Source: an uncultured delta proteobacterium (lineage in GTDB: Bacteria; Desulfobacterota; Binatia; Binatales; Binataceae). From it: DNA of 64,000 nt. The position numbers were made by a program, and so were the translations under genes. This document shows positions 41,327 to 51,865 of this stretch, piece by piece. The notes beneath the pieces are model-generated. The model saw only the letters and a program-made list of their open reading frames with translations. It was not told where the DNA came from and did not search any database. The stretch spans positions 1 to 64,000 of the forward strand of contig CAVRVY010000001.1 of assembly GCA_963724765.1 (NCBI GenBank), in the 5' to 3' direction. Position 1 is the first letter of the stretch. The number at the start of each line of letters is the position of its first letter.

Positions 41327-42163
41327 ATGAATCAAAGAAATGGATTTGTAGGACTAGGGACAATGGGCTTTCCGATGGCGGTTAATTTAAAGAAAGCTGG
41401 TTTTGAAGTAATTGGTTATGATTCCTTTAAAGGTGCTTATGAGAAGGCAGAAGCTGCGGGAATAAGAATGGTAGGAACTTTAAAAGAAATGGCCGAACAA
41501 GCTGACGAAGCGATGATCTCAATGGTTCGTGACCATGCCCAAAATGTTGACATTATTTTTGGTGAGGGCGGTCTGTTATCTGCTCAAACTAAAGGCGAAA
41601 CAATTATTGTCATGAGTGCACTTGATCCTGAGACAATGAATGAATTAGGCAAACAAGTCGAAGAAGAAAGTGATTTAAGATTAATTAGCGCTGCAGTGAG
41701 CGGGGGTGCTTCAGGTGCCAAAGCCGGAACACTATCGATTATGACGGCTGGCTCAGAAGACATCGTAAAATCTTTCCGACCATACTTCGATGCCATGGGA
41801 TCCAAGATCTTTTACTATGGCGCGAAGCCAGGAAATAGCCAAGTGGCAAAGTTAGTCAATAACATGATTCTAGGTATTAACATGAATGCCGTGGCGGAAG
41901 GACTGAAATTAGCGAATCACTATAACTTACCCTAAGAAGAGCTATTCAACTTACTAAAAGTGAGTACGGGTGACAGTTGGGTAGTCAGAAATTGGAGCGA
42001 TGTCTCAGGATGGACAGCTGACACTGCCTTAGCCGTGTTACTGAAAGATTTGAAGGCGACGTACAACGAAGGGCTTCAACACAATCGAACGTTACCGTTT
42101 AATGCCCTATCATCCACACAATTATTTAATTCTATGGGAAAAGAAAAGCGAGAAACCAGATAA
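41327..42163 (+). pseudogene. NAD(P)-dependent oxidoreductase (3-hydroxyisobutyrate dehydrogenase family) with in-frame stop
   Basis: GFVGLGTMG, AVSGG, KLVNN. After TAA at 41933-41935 the same frame continues EELFNLLKVSTGDSW. Confidence 0.88.
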
Positions 42164-42268
42164 TGTGTTTTTGTCGCACGTGTTCCCCGTCAGTGCAAGT
42201 TGGACAGTGAAAGAAGCGCGCTGAAGATACCTCACCATGGTAAGGGCGTAACCAAGGAAGGATTGCTC

Positions 42269-43645
42269 GTGGATCCGAGGACGCAAAGCCCAACAATCAC
42301 GCGAATACTTCTGTTAGGCGGCGGTTTCGCCGGGATCTACACCGCGCGCCGTCTAGAGAAGCTGTTTGCTGGCCGGCGCGACGTCGAGATCGTCCTGGTC
42401 AGTCGCGATAACTTTCTACTGATGACGCCGCTGATGTTCGAAGTCTGTTCGGGAACGCTGGGGGCAAGCGATTGCTCGATCTCGATCCGGGAGTTTTTGC
42501 GAAAAGTAAGGTTCGTTGAAGCGTCGGTCGATGAGATCGACCTGGAGCATCGCCTCGTCCGAATTTCCTCGGGCGATGCTAACAAACGAGAGTTGCCTTA
42601 CGACCAGCTTGTGCTCGCACTGGGCAGTTTGACCAATACGAGTCGGATTCCCGGCTCGGAGTTCGCGTTCACGTTTAAGACACTCGCCGACGCCATTTTG
42701 CTCCGCAACCATGTGATCGAGCGAATGGAGCGGGCGGAGGCCAAATCCGAGCGGACGCTGCGCCGGCGCGATCTAACGTTCGTGGTCATCGGAGGCGGCC
42801 TTGTTGGCGTGGAAATCTTCGGTGAATTGACTGCCTTCATGGACGAAATCCTTCGCTACTACCCGGGCATCCGCCGTGAGGAGATTCGGCTTTATCTTCT
42901 AGAAGCAAGCGGAAAAATCATGCCGGAGTTTTCAGAGAAACTGGCCGAGTATTCCACTCGCGTGCTCTCGAAGCGGAAAGGAGTCAGCATTCGCGTCAAC
43001 TCACCTGTCGAGCGCATCACGGCGGGCCAAGTTCATCTGAAAGACGAAATTCTTGAGGCTTCGACTATAGTTCTCTCGGCCGGCGTTGTGCCATCGCCAA
43101 TAGTTGCAAAGCTACCGATCCAAAAAGACAGGCATAGCAAGATCGCGGTCGAAGCGACAATGAGATGCAAGGAGCATCCGGAAGTCTGGGCGGCGGGAGA
43201 CTGCGCGTCAATACCCGATCCAACAGGCAGGCCGTATCCTGATCTCGCTCAGCACGCGATGCGCGAAGCGAAGGTTTTGGCCGACAACATTTATGCGACG
43301 GTCAATCAGTTGCCGATGAAACCATTCCTGTACAAGACGAAGGGCGTTATGGCATCTCTGGGACACCACCGCGGAGTGGCGGCAGCGATGGGCATTCCGC
43401 TTCGTGGGTTTTCGGCGTGGTGGCTTCGACGCAGCTATTACCTCTTGGTCACGCCGCGGATGCCTCAGCGCGTTCGACTCGTTGCAGACTGGACGATCGG
43501 TCTTTTGTTTCACCCGTCTTTGAGCAAGATCGATCTCAGCACTGAACGAGAAATGCTACTCCGCTATGCCGCCGTCGGAGCGCTCGCCGAGAGCGGACGC
43601 GCACCGGAGTTGAAGAGCGCTATCGCTCCGGAAAACGCTCGCTGA
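42269..43645 (+). CDS. Type II NADH:quinone oxidoreductase (NDH-2) family
   Basis: LGGGFAG, YDQLVLALG, VIGGGLVGVE, WAAGDCA, AQHAMRE. Confidence 0.9.
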   Translation: MDPRTQSPTITRILLLGGGFAGIYTARRLEKLFAGRRDVEIVLVSRDNFLLMTPLMFEVCSGTLGASDCSISIREFLRKVRFVEASVDEIDLEHRLVRISSGDANKRELPYDQLVLALGSLTNTSRIPGSEFAFTFKTLADAILLRNHVIERMERAEAKSERTLRRRDLTFVVIGGGLVGVEIFGELTAFMDEILRYYPGIRREEIRLYLLEASGKIMPEFSEKLAEYSTRVLSKRKGVSIRVNSPVERITAGQVHLKDEILEASTIVLSAGVVPSPIVAKLPIQKDRHSKIAVEATMRCKEHPEVWAAGDCASIPDPTGRPYPDLAQHAMREAKVLADNIYATVNQLPMKPFLYKTKGVMASLGHHRGVAAAMGIPLRGFSAWWLRRSYYLLVTPRMPQRVRLVADWTIGLLFHPSLSKIDLSTEREMLLRYAAVGALAESGRAPELKSAIAPENAR

Positions 43646-43730
43646 ACTTTGAAGCTAGAATCTGTGAGGCCTGGAGTACTCGGCGCGATTGACGAAGAAA
43701 GCAGCCGAGAGTGTTGACGGGGGAAATGTC

Positions 43731-44141
43731 ATGCTCAAGCTCGCCGAAGCAAATCGGGCCGTCGAGGCGGCTCTCACGAAAGCTGATGAACTAGGTATTC
43801 ATATCAGCGTCAGCATCTGCGACGCCTACGGGCGCCTCGTTGCTCACCAGCGGATGGACGATGTTTTCGCGGAAGCTAGTCGTGCGTCTATCGGCAAGGC
43901 CATCGCCGCAGCAGAGTTAGGTCGTCCAAGTGGCGAGGAGTCGGAGAGAAATGTGGAGGAATCTCTGGTGGTCGTAGTGCTCGCAGAAGGGGCTCCTGTC
44001 ATTCGGACGCGTGGCGGTTTGCCGATAATTCGCGGAGACGAAGTGGAAGGCGGAGTCGGAGTGTGCGGCGGGCATACGCATGAACAGGACGAGGAATGCG
44101 CACGCGCCGGAATCCAAGCCTTGAAAAAGCAGAGACGTTGA
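43731..44141 (+). CDS. GlcG/HbpS-like heme-binding protein
   Basis: SVSICDAYGRL...RMD...GGLPI...GGVGVCG...QDEECA. Confidence 0.88.
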   Translation: MLKLAEANRAVEAALTKADELGIHISVSICDAYGRLVAHQRMDDVFAEASRASIGKAIAAAELGRPSGEESERNVEESLVVVVLAEGAPVIRTRGGLPIIRGDEVEGGVGVCGGHTHEQDEECARAGIQALKKQRR

Positions 44142-44230
44142 AATTTACCGCACTTGCGAGATGCTCCACCGGAGAGGCATGCATATATGGATCGTGGTCC
44201 AAGGTAGAGTTGAATAAAGGAGCCACGCAC

Positions 44231-44944
44231 ATGACGAAAACGCCGCAAGAGAGAAAAATTGTCGTGAGCAAAGATGGTCCATACCTGGTATCCGGAGATG
44301 TACCTATCGCGCTTCAGATCATCACTCCCGACAGCGATGGAATGTCCTGGGAATGGAAGGAGGGCAACACACTTGGCGAGAAATCGAGCTATGCGCTTTG
44401 CCGTTGCGGCCACTCCAAGAGAAAACCATTCTGTGACGGTTCTCATACCGAAATCGGGTTCGATGGCCACGAGACCGCGAGTCGTGTGCCGTACGCCCGG
44501 CAGGCGGAAACCTTCGAAGGGCCCACTTTGGTCCTGAGCGACGCTGAAAACCTATGCGCGTTTGCCCGGTTCTGCGATCCGGGTGGAAAGATTTGGTCGC
44601 TCATTAAAGAAACTGAAGAGCCCGAGGTTCGTGAACTGGTGATCCGCGAGGCGATGCATTGCCCGGCCGGCCGCTTGGTCCTGCACGATGAGAAAACGCA
44701 TAAGGAAATCGAAGACCCTCTGCCTGCTTCGATCGGAGTGGTGGAAGATCCTGCACTGGGATGCAGTGGCCCGCTCTGGGTCCGCGGGGGGATCACCATT
44801 GAGTCGCAAGACGGCAAGCGCTACGAAAAACGGAACCGCGTGACGCTCTGTCGTTGCGGGGCGTCCCAGAACAAACCGTTTTGCAACGGAGCGCATGCAA
44901 GCATTCAATTCAATGACGGTCTTCTCGTCACGCCATCGCCTTAA
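44231..44944 (+). CDS. CDGSH iron-sulfur domain protein
   Basis: Two CDGSH-type motifs (LCRCGHSKRKPFCDGSH, LCRCGASQNKPFCNGAH) around a CAFARFC...CPAGRL domain. Confidence 0.92.
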   Translation: MTKTPQERKIVVSKDGPYLVSGDVPIALQIITPDSDGMSWEWKEGNTLGEKSSYALCRCGHSKRKPFCDGSHTEIGFDGHETASRVPYARQAETFEGPTLVLSDAENLCAFARFCDPGGKIWSLIKETEEPEVRELVIREAMHCPAGRLVLHDEKTHKEIEDPLPASIGVVEDPALGCSGPLWVRGGITIESQDGKRYEKRNRVTLCRCGASQNKPFCNGAHASIQFNDGLLVTPSP

Positions 44945-45182
44945 CATGGTCTGCAGAGTGGCGCCGCGATATAGGCTCCGACTTCTCCTCGACTGGCGCA
45001 CCTTCCTATGAAGGAGCGAACCGTAAGATCTATACTGATCGAGGAATCGCCACCTCGATCTTCTCTACCAGGGACCGGATCGAACACGGCAAGTTTGCCA
45101 AATTGCGCTTGAGTCAATTTACGGCGCGTTGCTCTCTTTCGGCTAACAAACAGGTGCGCACCAACGGCAGCTCCGACTCTCA

Positions 45183-46829
45183 ATGGTAGACGGGTTTACG
45201 GACGAATCGAGAAAAAAAGGTCCAGCGACGAAATCTGCGAGCGAGCGCCGTCTTTCTGCGTGGGGACCATTTCGGCACAATTCGTTCACAGTCATATGGA
45301 CAGCAACCGTCGTCTCGAACATTGGCGGCTGGATGTACAGTGCTGCCTCCGGCTGGCTGATGACGAGCCTCAATCCTTCGCCGCTCATTGTTTCGATGGT
45401 TCAGGTCGCAACTACTTTGCCGATGTTTCTGTTCGCGCTTCCGGCCGGAGCGCTCGCAGATATTGCGGACCGGCGTAAACTTCTCATCTTCGGCGAGGTG
45501 GCTACCACCGCCTTTTCAGCTGCGCTTGCCGCGCTCGTTTTTTTGCACCAGGTGAATCCGCTCAACCTGTTGCTCCTAACATTCGTGATCGAGGCAGGAT
45601 CGGCAGTCACTGCGCCGGCCTGGCAAGCGGTTGTTCCGCAACTGGTGCCCAAGTCGGAATTGGCGCCCGCCATATCTGCCAACAGCGCCGGCATCAATGT
45701 CAGCCGCGCGGTCGGTCCGGCGCTTTGCGGCGTCATCATTGCCGCGTATGGAATTGCCGCTCCGTTTTGGATCAACGCGGTCAGCACACTGGCGGTCGTT
45801 GGAGCGCTGGTATGGTGGCGGCAACCGAGAACGGCAGGACAGCGTCTGCCGCCAGAGCAGTTCCGCAATGCCATTCGCACGGGTCTGCGCTATGCAAGGT
45901 ACAACGGTCCGCTGAGTGCAACGCTTGTGCGCGCAACAGCGTTCTTCCTCTTTGCTAGCGCTTATTGGGCGTTGTTGCCCCTGGTCGCGCGCAGCCAGAT
46001 CGCAGGTGGCCCGGAAATCTACGGCATCTTGCTTGGAGCGATCGGCGCCGCCGCGGTGGTCGGTGCTTTCGCTCTGCCTCGATTGAGCGCGGCGCTTGAT
46101 CCGGACCGGTTGGTAGCCGTGGGAACGATTGGCACCGCGATCGCTATGGCGCTATTCGGATTGGCTCACGATGTATTTATCGGGGTACTCGCGAGCCTGA
46201 TCGCCGGTGTTTCCTGGATTGCTGTTCTCTCAAGTCTCAATATTTCAGCTCAAGTCGCGTTGCCCGACTGGGTGCGGGGCCGTGGGCTCGCGATGTTCGT
46301 GACGGTCCTTTACGGTGCATTGACCATCGGCAGCGCGGTTTGGGGCCAGGTCGCGAGTGTCGCTAGCCTGCCCATCGCGCACTTCATCGCCGCCGGGGGC
46401 GCGTTGACTGCGATTCCGCTCACATGGCGATGGAAACTTCAGACCGGCGCTGACCTCGACCTAACGCCCTCGATGGAGTGGCCTACACCGATCACGACGC
46501 ATGAAATCGAGCGCGATCGTGGGCCGGTGCTTGTGACGACGGAATATGACATCGATCCAAAGCAGCGTGAACCATTCCTTAAGGCACTCGACAAATTGGC
46601 ACGCGAGCGCCGGCGCGACGGCGCCTACGACTGGGGGGTGTTTGAGGATCCGGCAGTCGAAGGCCGATTCGTCGAGACGTTTCTGACGGATTCATGGCTG
46701 GAACATCTACGTCAGCATGAGCGTGTAACCAAAGCCGACAGGGTGCTGCAGAAAGCAGTCGACCGCTTTCAAAGGAAAGGCAGACCGAAGGTCACCCATT
46801 TGATCGCTGCCGATAATGTGAGGTCATGA
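45183..46829 (+). CDS. MFS transporter (DUF894/MFS_3) with soluble C-terminal domain
   Basis: GALADIADRRK, RAVGPAL, LPDWVRGR, RRRDGA...SWLEHLRQHERVT. Confidence 0.9.
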   Translation: MVDGFTDESRKKGPATKSASERRLSAWGPFRHNSFTVIWTATVVSNIGGWMYSAASGWLMTSLNPSPLIVSMVQVATTLPMFLFALPAGALADIADRRKLLIFGEVATTAFSAALAALVFLHQVNPLNLLLLTFVIEAGSAVTAPAWQAVVPQLVPKSELAPAISANSAGINVSRAVGPALCGVIIAAYGIAAPFWINAVSTLAVVGALVWWRQPRTAGQRLPPEQFRNAIRTGLRYARYNGPLSATLVRATAFFLFASAYWALLPLVARSQIAGGPEIYGILLGAIGAAAVVGAFALPRLSAALDPDRLVAVGTIGTAIAMALFGLAHDVFIGVLASLIAGVSWIAVLSSLNISAQVALPDWVRGRGLAMFVTVLYGALTIGSAVWGQVASVASLPIAHFIAAGGALTAIPLTWRWKLQTGADLDLTPSMEWPTPITTHEIERDRGPVLVTTEYDIDPKQREPFLKALDKLARERRRDGAYDWGVFEDPAVEGRFVETFLTDSWLEHLRQHERVTKADRVLQKAVDRFQRKGRPKVTHLIAADNVRS

Positions 46830-46835
46830 GGCCGG

Positions 46836-48299
46836 ATGCAGCTGACGCGTATGCCAATACGAGAGGATAACCAGAGCGTGCGCGCCTTGCGCGGTCTCGC
46901 GGGTGCTTTGTCGCGAGCAGCCGGGGCACCGCTGGTGGGGAATAATCACGTGCGCTTACTCAAAGACGCACGGCAGAATTATCCTGCTTGGCTCGGGGCC
47001 ATCAACACGGCGGAGCACCACGTGCATTTCGAAAACTACTTCATTTACGACGACGATACTGGACGAGAGTTCGCAGACGCTATGATCGCGAAGGCGCGCG
47101 GGGGCGTACCAGTCCGGCTGATCTATGACTGGATGGGCGGGCTCGGAAAAGCGTCACGGCGGTTTTGGAGCCGTTTGCGGGCCGGCGGAGTCGAGGTGCG
47201 TTGCTACAATCCGCCACGCTTTGACAGTCCACTGGGTTGGATATCTCGCGACCATCGCAAGATGCTCGCGGTGGACGGCCGCGTGGGTTTTATCACGGGC
47301 TTGTGCGTGGGCAGGATGTGGGTCGGCGATGCGAAACAGAATATTGAACCGTGGCGCGACACCGGTGTTGAACTGCGGGGATCTGCCGTCTCAGAAATCG
47401 AGCAGGCATTCGCACAAATCTGGGCCATGATGGGCGAACCGATTCCCGAGCTTGAAGTGGTTGGCGGAGATGCCGCGGTCTCGGCTGGCGATATGGACGT
47501 GAGGATTGTGGCGAGCTTGCCCGCCACCGCTGGCATGATTCGCGTGGACGAACTCGTTGCGGCACTCGCGCGAAGAAGGCTGTGGTTAACGGATGCCTAT
47601 TTCGCGGGGACTAGCTCCTACGTGCAAGCTTTGAGAGCTGCCGCAAAGGATTGTGTTGACGTTCGGCTTCTGGTTCCGAACGCGACCGACATCCCAATGC
47701 TACGACCCCTATCCAGAGCGGGCTATCGGCCGCTCCTGGAAGCGGGGGTCCGCGTCTTTGAGTGGAACGGCACGATGATTCACGCGAAGACGGCGGTTGC
47801 CGACGAGCATTGGGCGCGGGTCGGTTCGACCAACTTGAACATCGCGAGCTGGTTCAGCAACTGCGAGTTGGACGCGATCGTAGAAAACGATTCTTTCGCG
47901 CGCGAGATGGAAGAAATGTATCTCGGGGACTTGGAGAACAGTACTGAGATCGTTCTGGATAGAGGACGCAAAACTCGAGCTTACAAGGCAAATGCTCATC
48001 CCGTCCCGCACAGCGGGGGAAGCGCCGGAAGAGCAGTTGCGGGAGTGGTTCGAATCAGCAATACGGTTGGTGCGGCGATCAGTGATCGCCGAGTACTCGA
48101 ACCCGTCGAAGCTCGTATTCTGATCATAGCCGCAGTGCTTCTCTTGAGCGTCGGCGCCTTAGTTACGCTCTTTCCCCGATTGTTCACATACTCGGTTGCA
48201 GCGGTCAGCGCGTGGCTCGCCCTTGCACTTCTCTACCGAGGCTATCGATTACGCGGCGAAGGTAAGAAGAAAGCAAAAACATCTGACAGCGATCGCTAG
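46836..48299 (+). CDS. Cardiolipin synthase / phospholipase D family
   Basis: Two HKD motifs: DHRKMLAVD and IHAKTAVAD. Confidence 0.9.
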   Translation: MQLTRMPIREDNQSVRALRGLAGALSRAAGAPLVGNNHVRLLKDARQNYPAWLGAINTAEHHVHFENYFIYDDDTGREFADAMIAKARGGVPVRLIYDWMGGLGKASRRFWSRLRAGGVEVRCYNPPRFDSPLGWISRDHRKMLAVDGRVGFITGLCVGRMWVGDAKQNIEPWRDTGVELRGSAVSEIEQAFAQIWAMMGEPIPELEVVGGDAAVSAGDMDVRIVASLPATAGMIRVDELVAALARRRLWLTDAYFAGTSSYVQALRAAAKDCVDVRLLVPNATDIPMLRPLSRAGYRPLLEAGVRVFEWNGTMIHAKTAVADEHWARVGSTNLNIASWFSNCELDAIVENDSFAREMEEMYLGDLENSTEIVLDRGRKTRAYKANAHPVPHSGGSAGRAVAGVVRISNTVGAAISDRRVLEPVEARILIIAAVLLLSVGALVTLFPRLFTYSVAAVSAWLALALLYRGYRLRGEGKKKAKTSDSDR

Positions 48300-48604
48300 A
48301 CAGGCACGAATTTTCGATTCCGCGAAATTCGTCAGCTTAACGGAGCCTGCCTGCACCAGAAAAATGAAACGTACTTCGAGCCCGAAAGCCTGAAAAGGTC
48401 TACACGGCGATATGGCTTCTAACTCACAAGGTTGCCCGGCAGTCCGGCTGAGGACCACAGCCTGCGCCACGGTACGACGCAGCTCTGAAGCAAATTGATG
48501 ATCCTGTCAGTAACTATTGAGTATATGTCCATTTCCGCAATCTCCGATGGCCATTGTGATGGTGAAGGGAGAACCGCTTTCACATTTCCCCCTGGGTGGG
48601 CCGG

Positions 48605-48985
48605 TTAGAACGGGATGTCGTCCGAAGCTTCGGCCTTGGACGCGTCGCCATTCGTGCGGTTGCCAAGCAGGAGGAGTTACCGCGCGACGATTTCAGCCCG
48701 GTAGCGCTTGCCGCTTCCGTGCTTGGCTTTGTACTGGCAGGTAGTAAGCCGTCCTTCGATGTAAACCTGACGGTCTTTGCTCAGGAACCGGTCGCACATA
48801 TCGGCCGGCCATCCGAACGCGACGATCCGATACCAATCGGTGCGCTGGTGCTTCGCGCCGTTGCGGTCCCTAAACCGCCCCGTAGTAGCCAACGAGAAAT
48901 TCGCCACGTTCTGCCCTGACGGCAAAAGACGAATGTCGGGGTTAGCTCCCAGATTGCCGATCACGGTCACCTTGTTAACTGACAC
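48605..48985 (-). pseudogene. ssb: Single-stranded DNA-binding protein with in-frame stop
   Basis: VNKVTVIGNLG...VYIEGRL...EIVAR* then in frame LLLLGNRT...DDIPF*; AGGAGG RBS. Confidence 0.88.
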
Positions 48986-49189
48986 GACTACGAACCTCCT
49001 TGTTCGTTTGCGCCCGCTTACCGTCATAAGACAGGGTGTGCTGCGCTTTGCTTTCATCACCGCGCAACTTTTTGTCCGCGCGGTCCCACACCCCGAACTA
49101 GAGGGCCGTGCTCAGATTCTCTAGATGCGCGAGCGGAGCGGGCGGCAGGACGTGCCAGAGCGCAGCAGCCCCTTAAGGGCAGGCACGGC

Positions 49190-49597
49190 GTGCCTGATCG
49201 AGGCGGCCGAAAAATCCGTTGGGGCCCATCACTCTGAGCCGTATCGGCTGCGGATCAAATACCTGTGTGAGGATCTGGATGTGCTAAGGCGCCGACTGAA
49301 GGACTTGGCGCGGGACGTCGAACGTAAACTGGATGATCACGAGGTGGGTAAACTGCTGATGACTATCGAAGGCCTGAGCCCTCTGACTACGGCTCGTCTG
49401 ATCGCGGAGCTCGGAGATCCAGCCCGCTTTGATAGCCCCGGCGCGATCGCGAGCTACGTCGGCGTGATTCGGCGCATCCGCCTCGATGCGAAAATTGCTG
49501 ACCGCAGTCTGGAGCGTGGCGACTCACCGCAGACCCTTCCGCCGATAATGCCGGCGCTCCCAGCTCCGAAAAACGCTTGACGGACTCCACGGTATCT
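49190..49597 (+). mobile_element. IS110-family remnant (partial transposase and probable right end)
   Basis: LLMTIEGLSPLTTARLIAELGDPARFDSPGAIASYVG (Transposase_20-like), then TTGACG...ACGGTATCT. Confidence 0.75.
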
Positions 49598-49926
49598 AGC
49601 GCAGCGAACGCCACCAATGAGAGCGGCGGCGAAGCGGAGATCGCAGGCGGAGTGGAGATGCGGTGTGGGGCCGCGACGCGGAGTTTACGGAGCGCTCGCG
49701 GGGAGGCTCACAGCGGAGACGGCTGCTGTTTCGATTGTGGATGACGTTGTTCAAAAGGAGACAGCGATTTATCGCCACGTACCAAGTTTCGTGGTATCTT
49801 CGCTTAAGCTTGTAGGAGTGGCTTCAGGTTTTCCGAAGCGCCGAGTCAGCGTCTGTGGTCAGCGGAGCGGACTTCGAAAGCGGTTTGCTTTGAGGTTAAT
49901 GTGCTGGATGGGTGGCCGGGCAGGGA

Positions 49927-51858
49927 ATGCAAGACGAGTATCTGATCCATCTGAACTTCTTGCCCGTGAAGGGCGTCCTCCCGATGTGCAGGTTGCATCG
50001 ACGCGGCTATGCCTCTGCACAAGAACAACGTCCGTTCTCCACGGCAAGGTCTTACCGCCTTCCGGTCCGTCCCGGCGACGCCGAAGGGTGGGAGCAATTT
50101 TGGGTCTCGTTGGAGGGCAGAGAAAGCTTCGCTTCCTTCGAGTTCAATCCGTCGTGGAATTTAGGGTTAGTTCGACACGTGCTCTTCGCATCGCTAGTCG
50201 CGTCGGTTGAGCGATCGTTAGAACCAGAACAGTATCGGGTTCCAGAAAACGAGTTTATCCAGGAAGTTTCGTTGATCATGGAGAGGCATCCAGAGGGAAA
50301 TGAACTTCTGGTTATCCAACCGTACTCTCTTCGCGCATCGCGACAGACAGGGTTTCTTGTGGACTTCCACTTCGAGTTGGGCAAGGGGGTAGCGTTCGAC
50401 CGGCGGGTTCAGCAATTGAGTCTGAGCCTGAACAAGAACTTTCGGCGCAACGCAGACCATCACGTCGATCGAAGTGCGAAAATTAGACAGTTTCTCGATC
50501 TGCGTTGGAGTGTGTTCTCAGAGGTAAGACTGCCGGGTTGCTCGAATCCAATCGCAATTGAGAAGGAGTTTGTTGCTCTTCCATCGGAGAGGCTGCGCCC
50601 CAAGGTGTATGTCTTTTCTGGGGGGAGAGAATCAAGAAGCCAATTTGCAGGGCTTCGGGACTTTGGTCCTCTTGAGCCCCTTGGTGGTCCCACGAAGTTA
50701 CTGTTCGCGTTTAGAGAGCGTGACCGGCAGGCTGCCCGGCGGTTGGCTGTGTCACTCAGGGGGCTCCGGCAGCAGGGACATTTCAGTTTTCCTGGATTTA
50801 AGCGGCTGTTCAAAACTGATCTTGAAATCGACGCGCAGCCAATCGTCCTTCCTGACCTTACGGAGCAGACGATGCAAGCCGCACTAGAGCGCGCGATGAC
50901 TGAACGCCAAGAAGGAATGCAAGTGGTTCCGGTGATCGTGCTACCGGAAGGCGAAGATAACGGTTACTACGAGTTGAAGGCGCTCTTTTCACATTCGGGT
51001 GTGCCGACTCAGGTTTGTACACTCAAAATTCTCGAAGACGAAGAGTTGCTCAAGTGGTCGATCGCTAACTTGGCGCTACAGATTTTCTGCAAAGCGGGGG
51101 GTCGGCCGTGGAAGGTTCGCCCGACTCCGGAGAGGTCTTTGATCATAGGAATCAGTCAGTCACACAAGACGAAATTGGTCGATGATCGACGTCGAATTGA
51201 GAAGTACTTTGCGTTCTCGGTGCTGACTGATAGTAGCGGCTTGTTCCAGAAAATTCGCGTGCTAGGCGAAGGTATTGACGATTCGAGTTATATTTCAGAC
51301 CTTCGAGCGAATCTCAAACGTATATTGGAGGAGAGTGCAGACCTGTTCGGGCGGGTGGTAATACACACCTCGTTCAAACTAAAACATTCAGAGATGGACG
51401 CGATTCAACGAACAACTCGGGAGGTAGCAGGTGCGTCTCGAGCGGGATGCAAATTCGCAGTTATCAAAGTAAATCAGAGAAACCGCTTCTTCGGTGTCAA
51501 TCGGTCGGTCAATAGCCTCGTTCCTTTTGAGGGGACAAAGATCAGGTTGGGCCGCAATGAGTATTTGGTTTGGTTTGAAGGCCTTTTGCCTGAGCAGCCG
51601 AGCGTAACGCGAGCATTCCCAGGCCCGACTCATTTGCAGTTCCTGCGGATCAGAGAGGAGGGTACGGGAATCGCCGAAGAGAGAGAACTGCTTCAAGATA
51701 TAGTTAATCTGTCAGGCGCAAACTGGCGAGGTTTCAATGCGAAAAGCGCGCCTGTTTCGGTCTTCTACTGCCATCTCGTTGCGGACTTGGTTCAGGATTT
51801 TCATGACAGAGGGTTACCACTTCCGGCGGTGGAGGATATTCGTCCGTGGTTCCTGTGA
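49927..51858 (+). CDS. Prokaryotic Argonaute, long type with inactive PIWI (long-B-like)
   Basis: L2 GLRDFGP; MID YYELK...PTQV...NLALQIFCKAGGRPW; PIWI IIGISQSH and VVIHTSF lack the catalytic Asp residues; LSGANWRGFN...PV...PWFL end. Confidence 0.9.
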   Translation: MQDEYLIHLNFLPVKGVLPMCRLHRRGYASAQEQRPFSTARSYRLPVRPGDAEGWEQFWVSLEGRESFASFEFNPSWNLGLVRHVLFASLVASVERSLEPEQYRVPENEFIQEVSLIMERHPEGNELLVIQPYSLRASRQTGFLVDFHFELGKGVAFDRRVQQLSLSLNKNFRRNADHHVDRSAKIRQFLDLRWSVFSEVRLPGCSNPIAIEKEFVALPSERLRPKVYVFSGGRESRSQFAGLRDFGPLEPLGGPTKLLFAFRERDRQAARRLAVSLRGLRQQGHFSFPGFKRLFKTDLEIDAQPIVLPDLTEQTMQAALERAMTERQEGMQVVPVIVLPEGEDNGYYELKALFSHSGVPTQVCTLKILEDEELLKWSIANLALQIFCKAGGRPWKVRPTPERSLIIGISQSHKTKLVDDRRRIEKYFAFSVLTDSSGLFQKIRVLGEGIDDSSYISDLRANLKRILEESADLFGRVVIHTSFKLKHSEMDAIQRTTREVAGASRAGCKFAVIKVNQRNRFFGVNRSVNSLVPFEGTKIRLGRNEYLVWFEGLLPEQPSVTRAFPGPTHLQFLRIREEGTGIAEERELLQDIVNLSGANWRGFNAKSAPVSVFYCHLVADLVQDFHDRGLPLPAVEDIRPWFL

Positions 51859-51865
51859 GCGGTGA

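Noticed and set aside
49927-51858. Active slicer Argonaute
   Set aside because: The DEDX positions are substituted (GISQ instead of GID, HTS instead of RDG).
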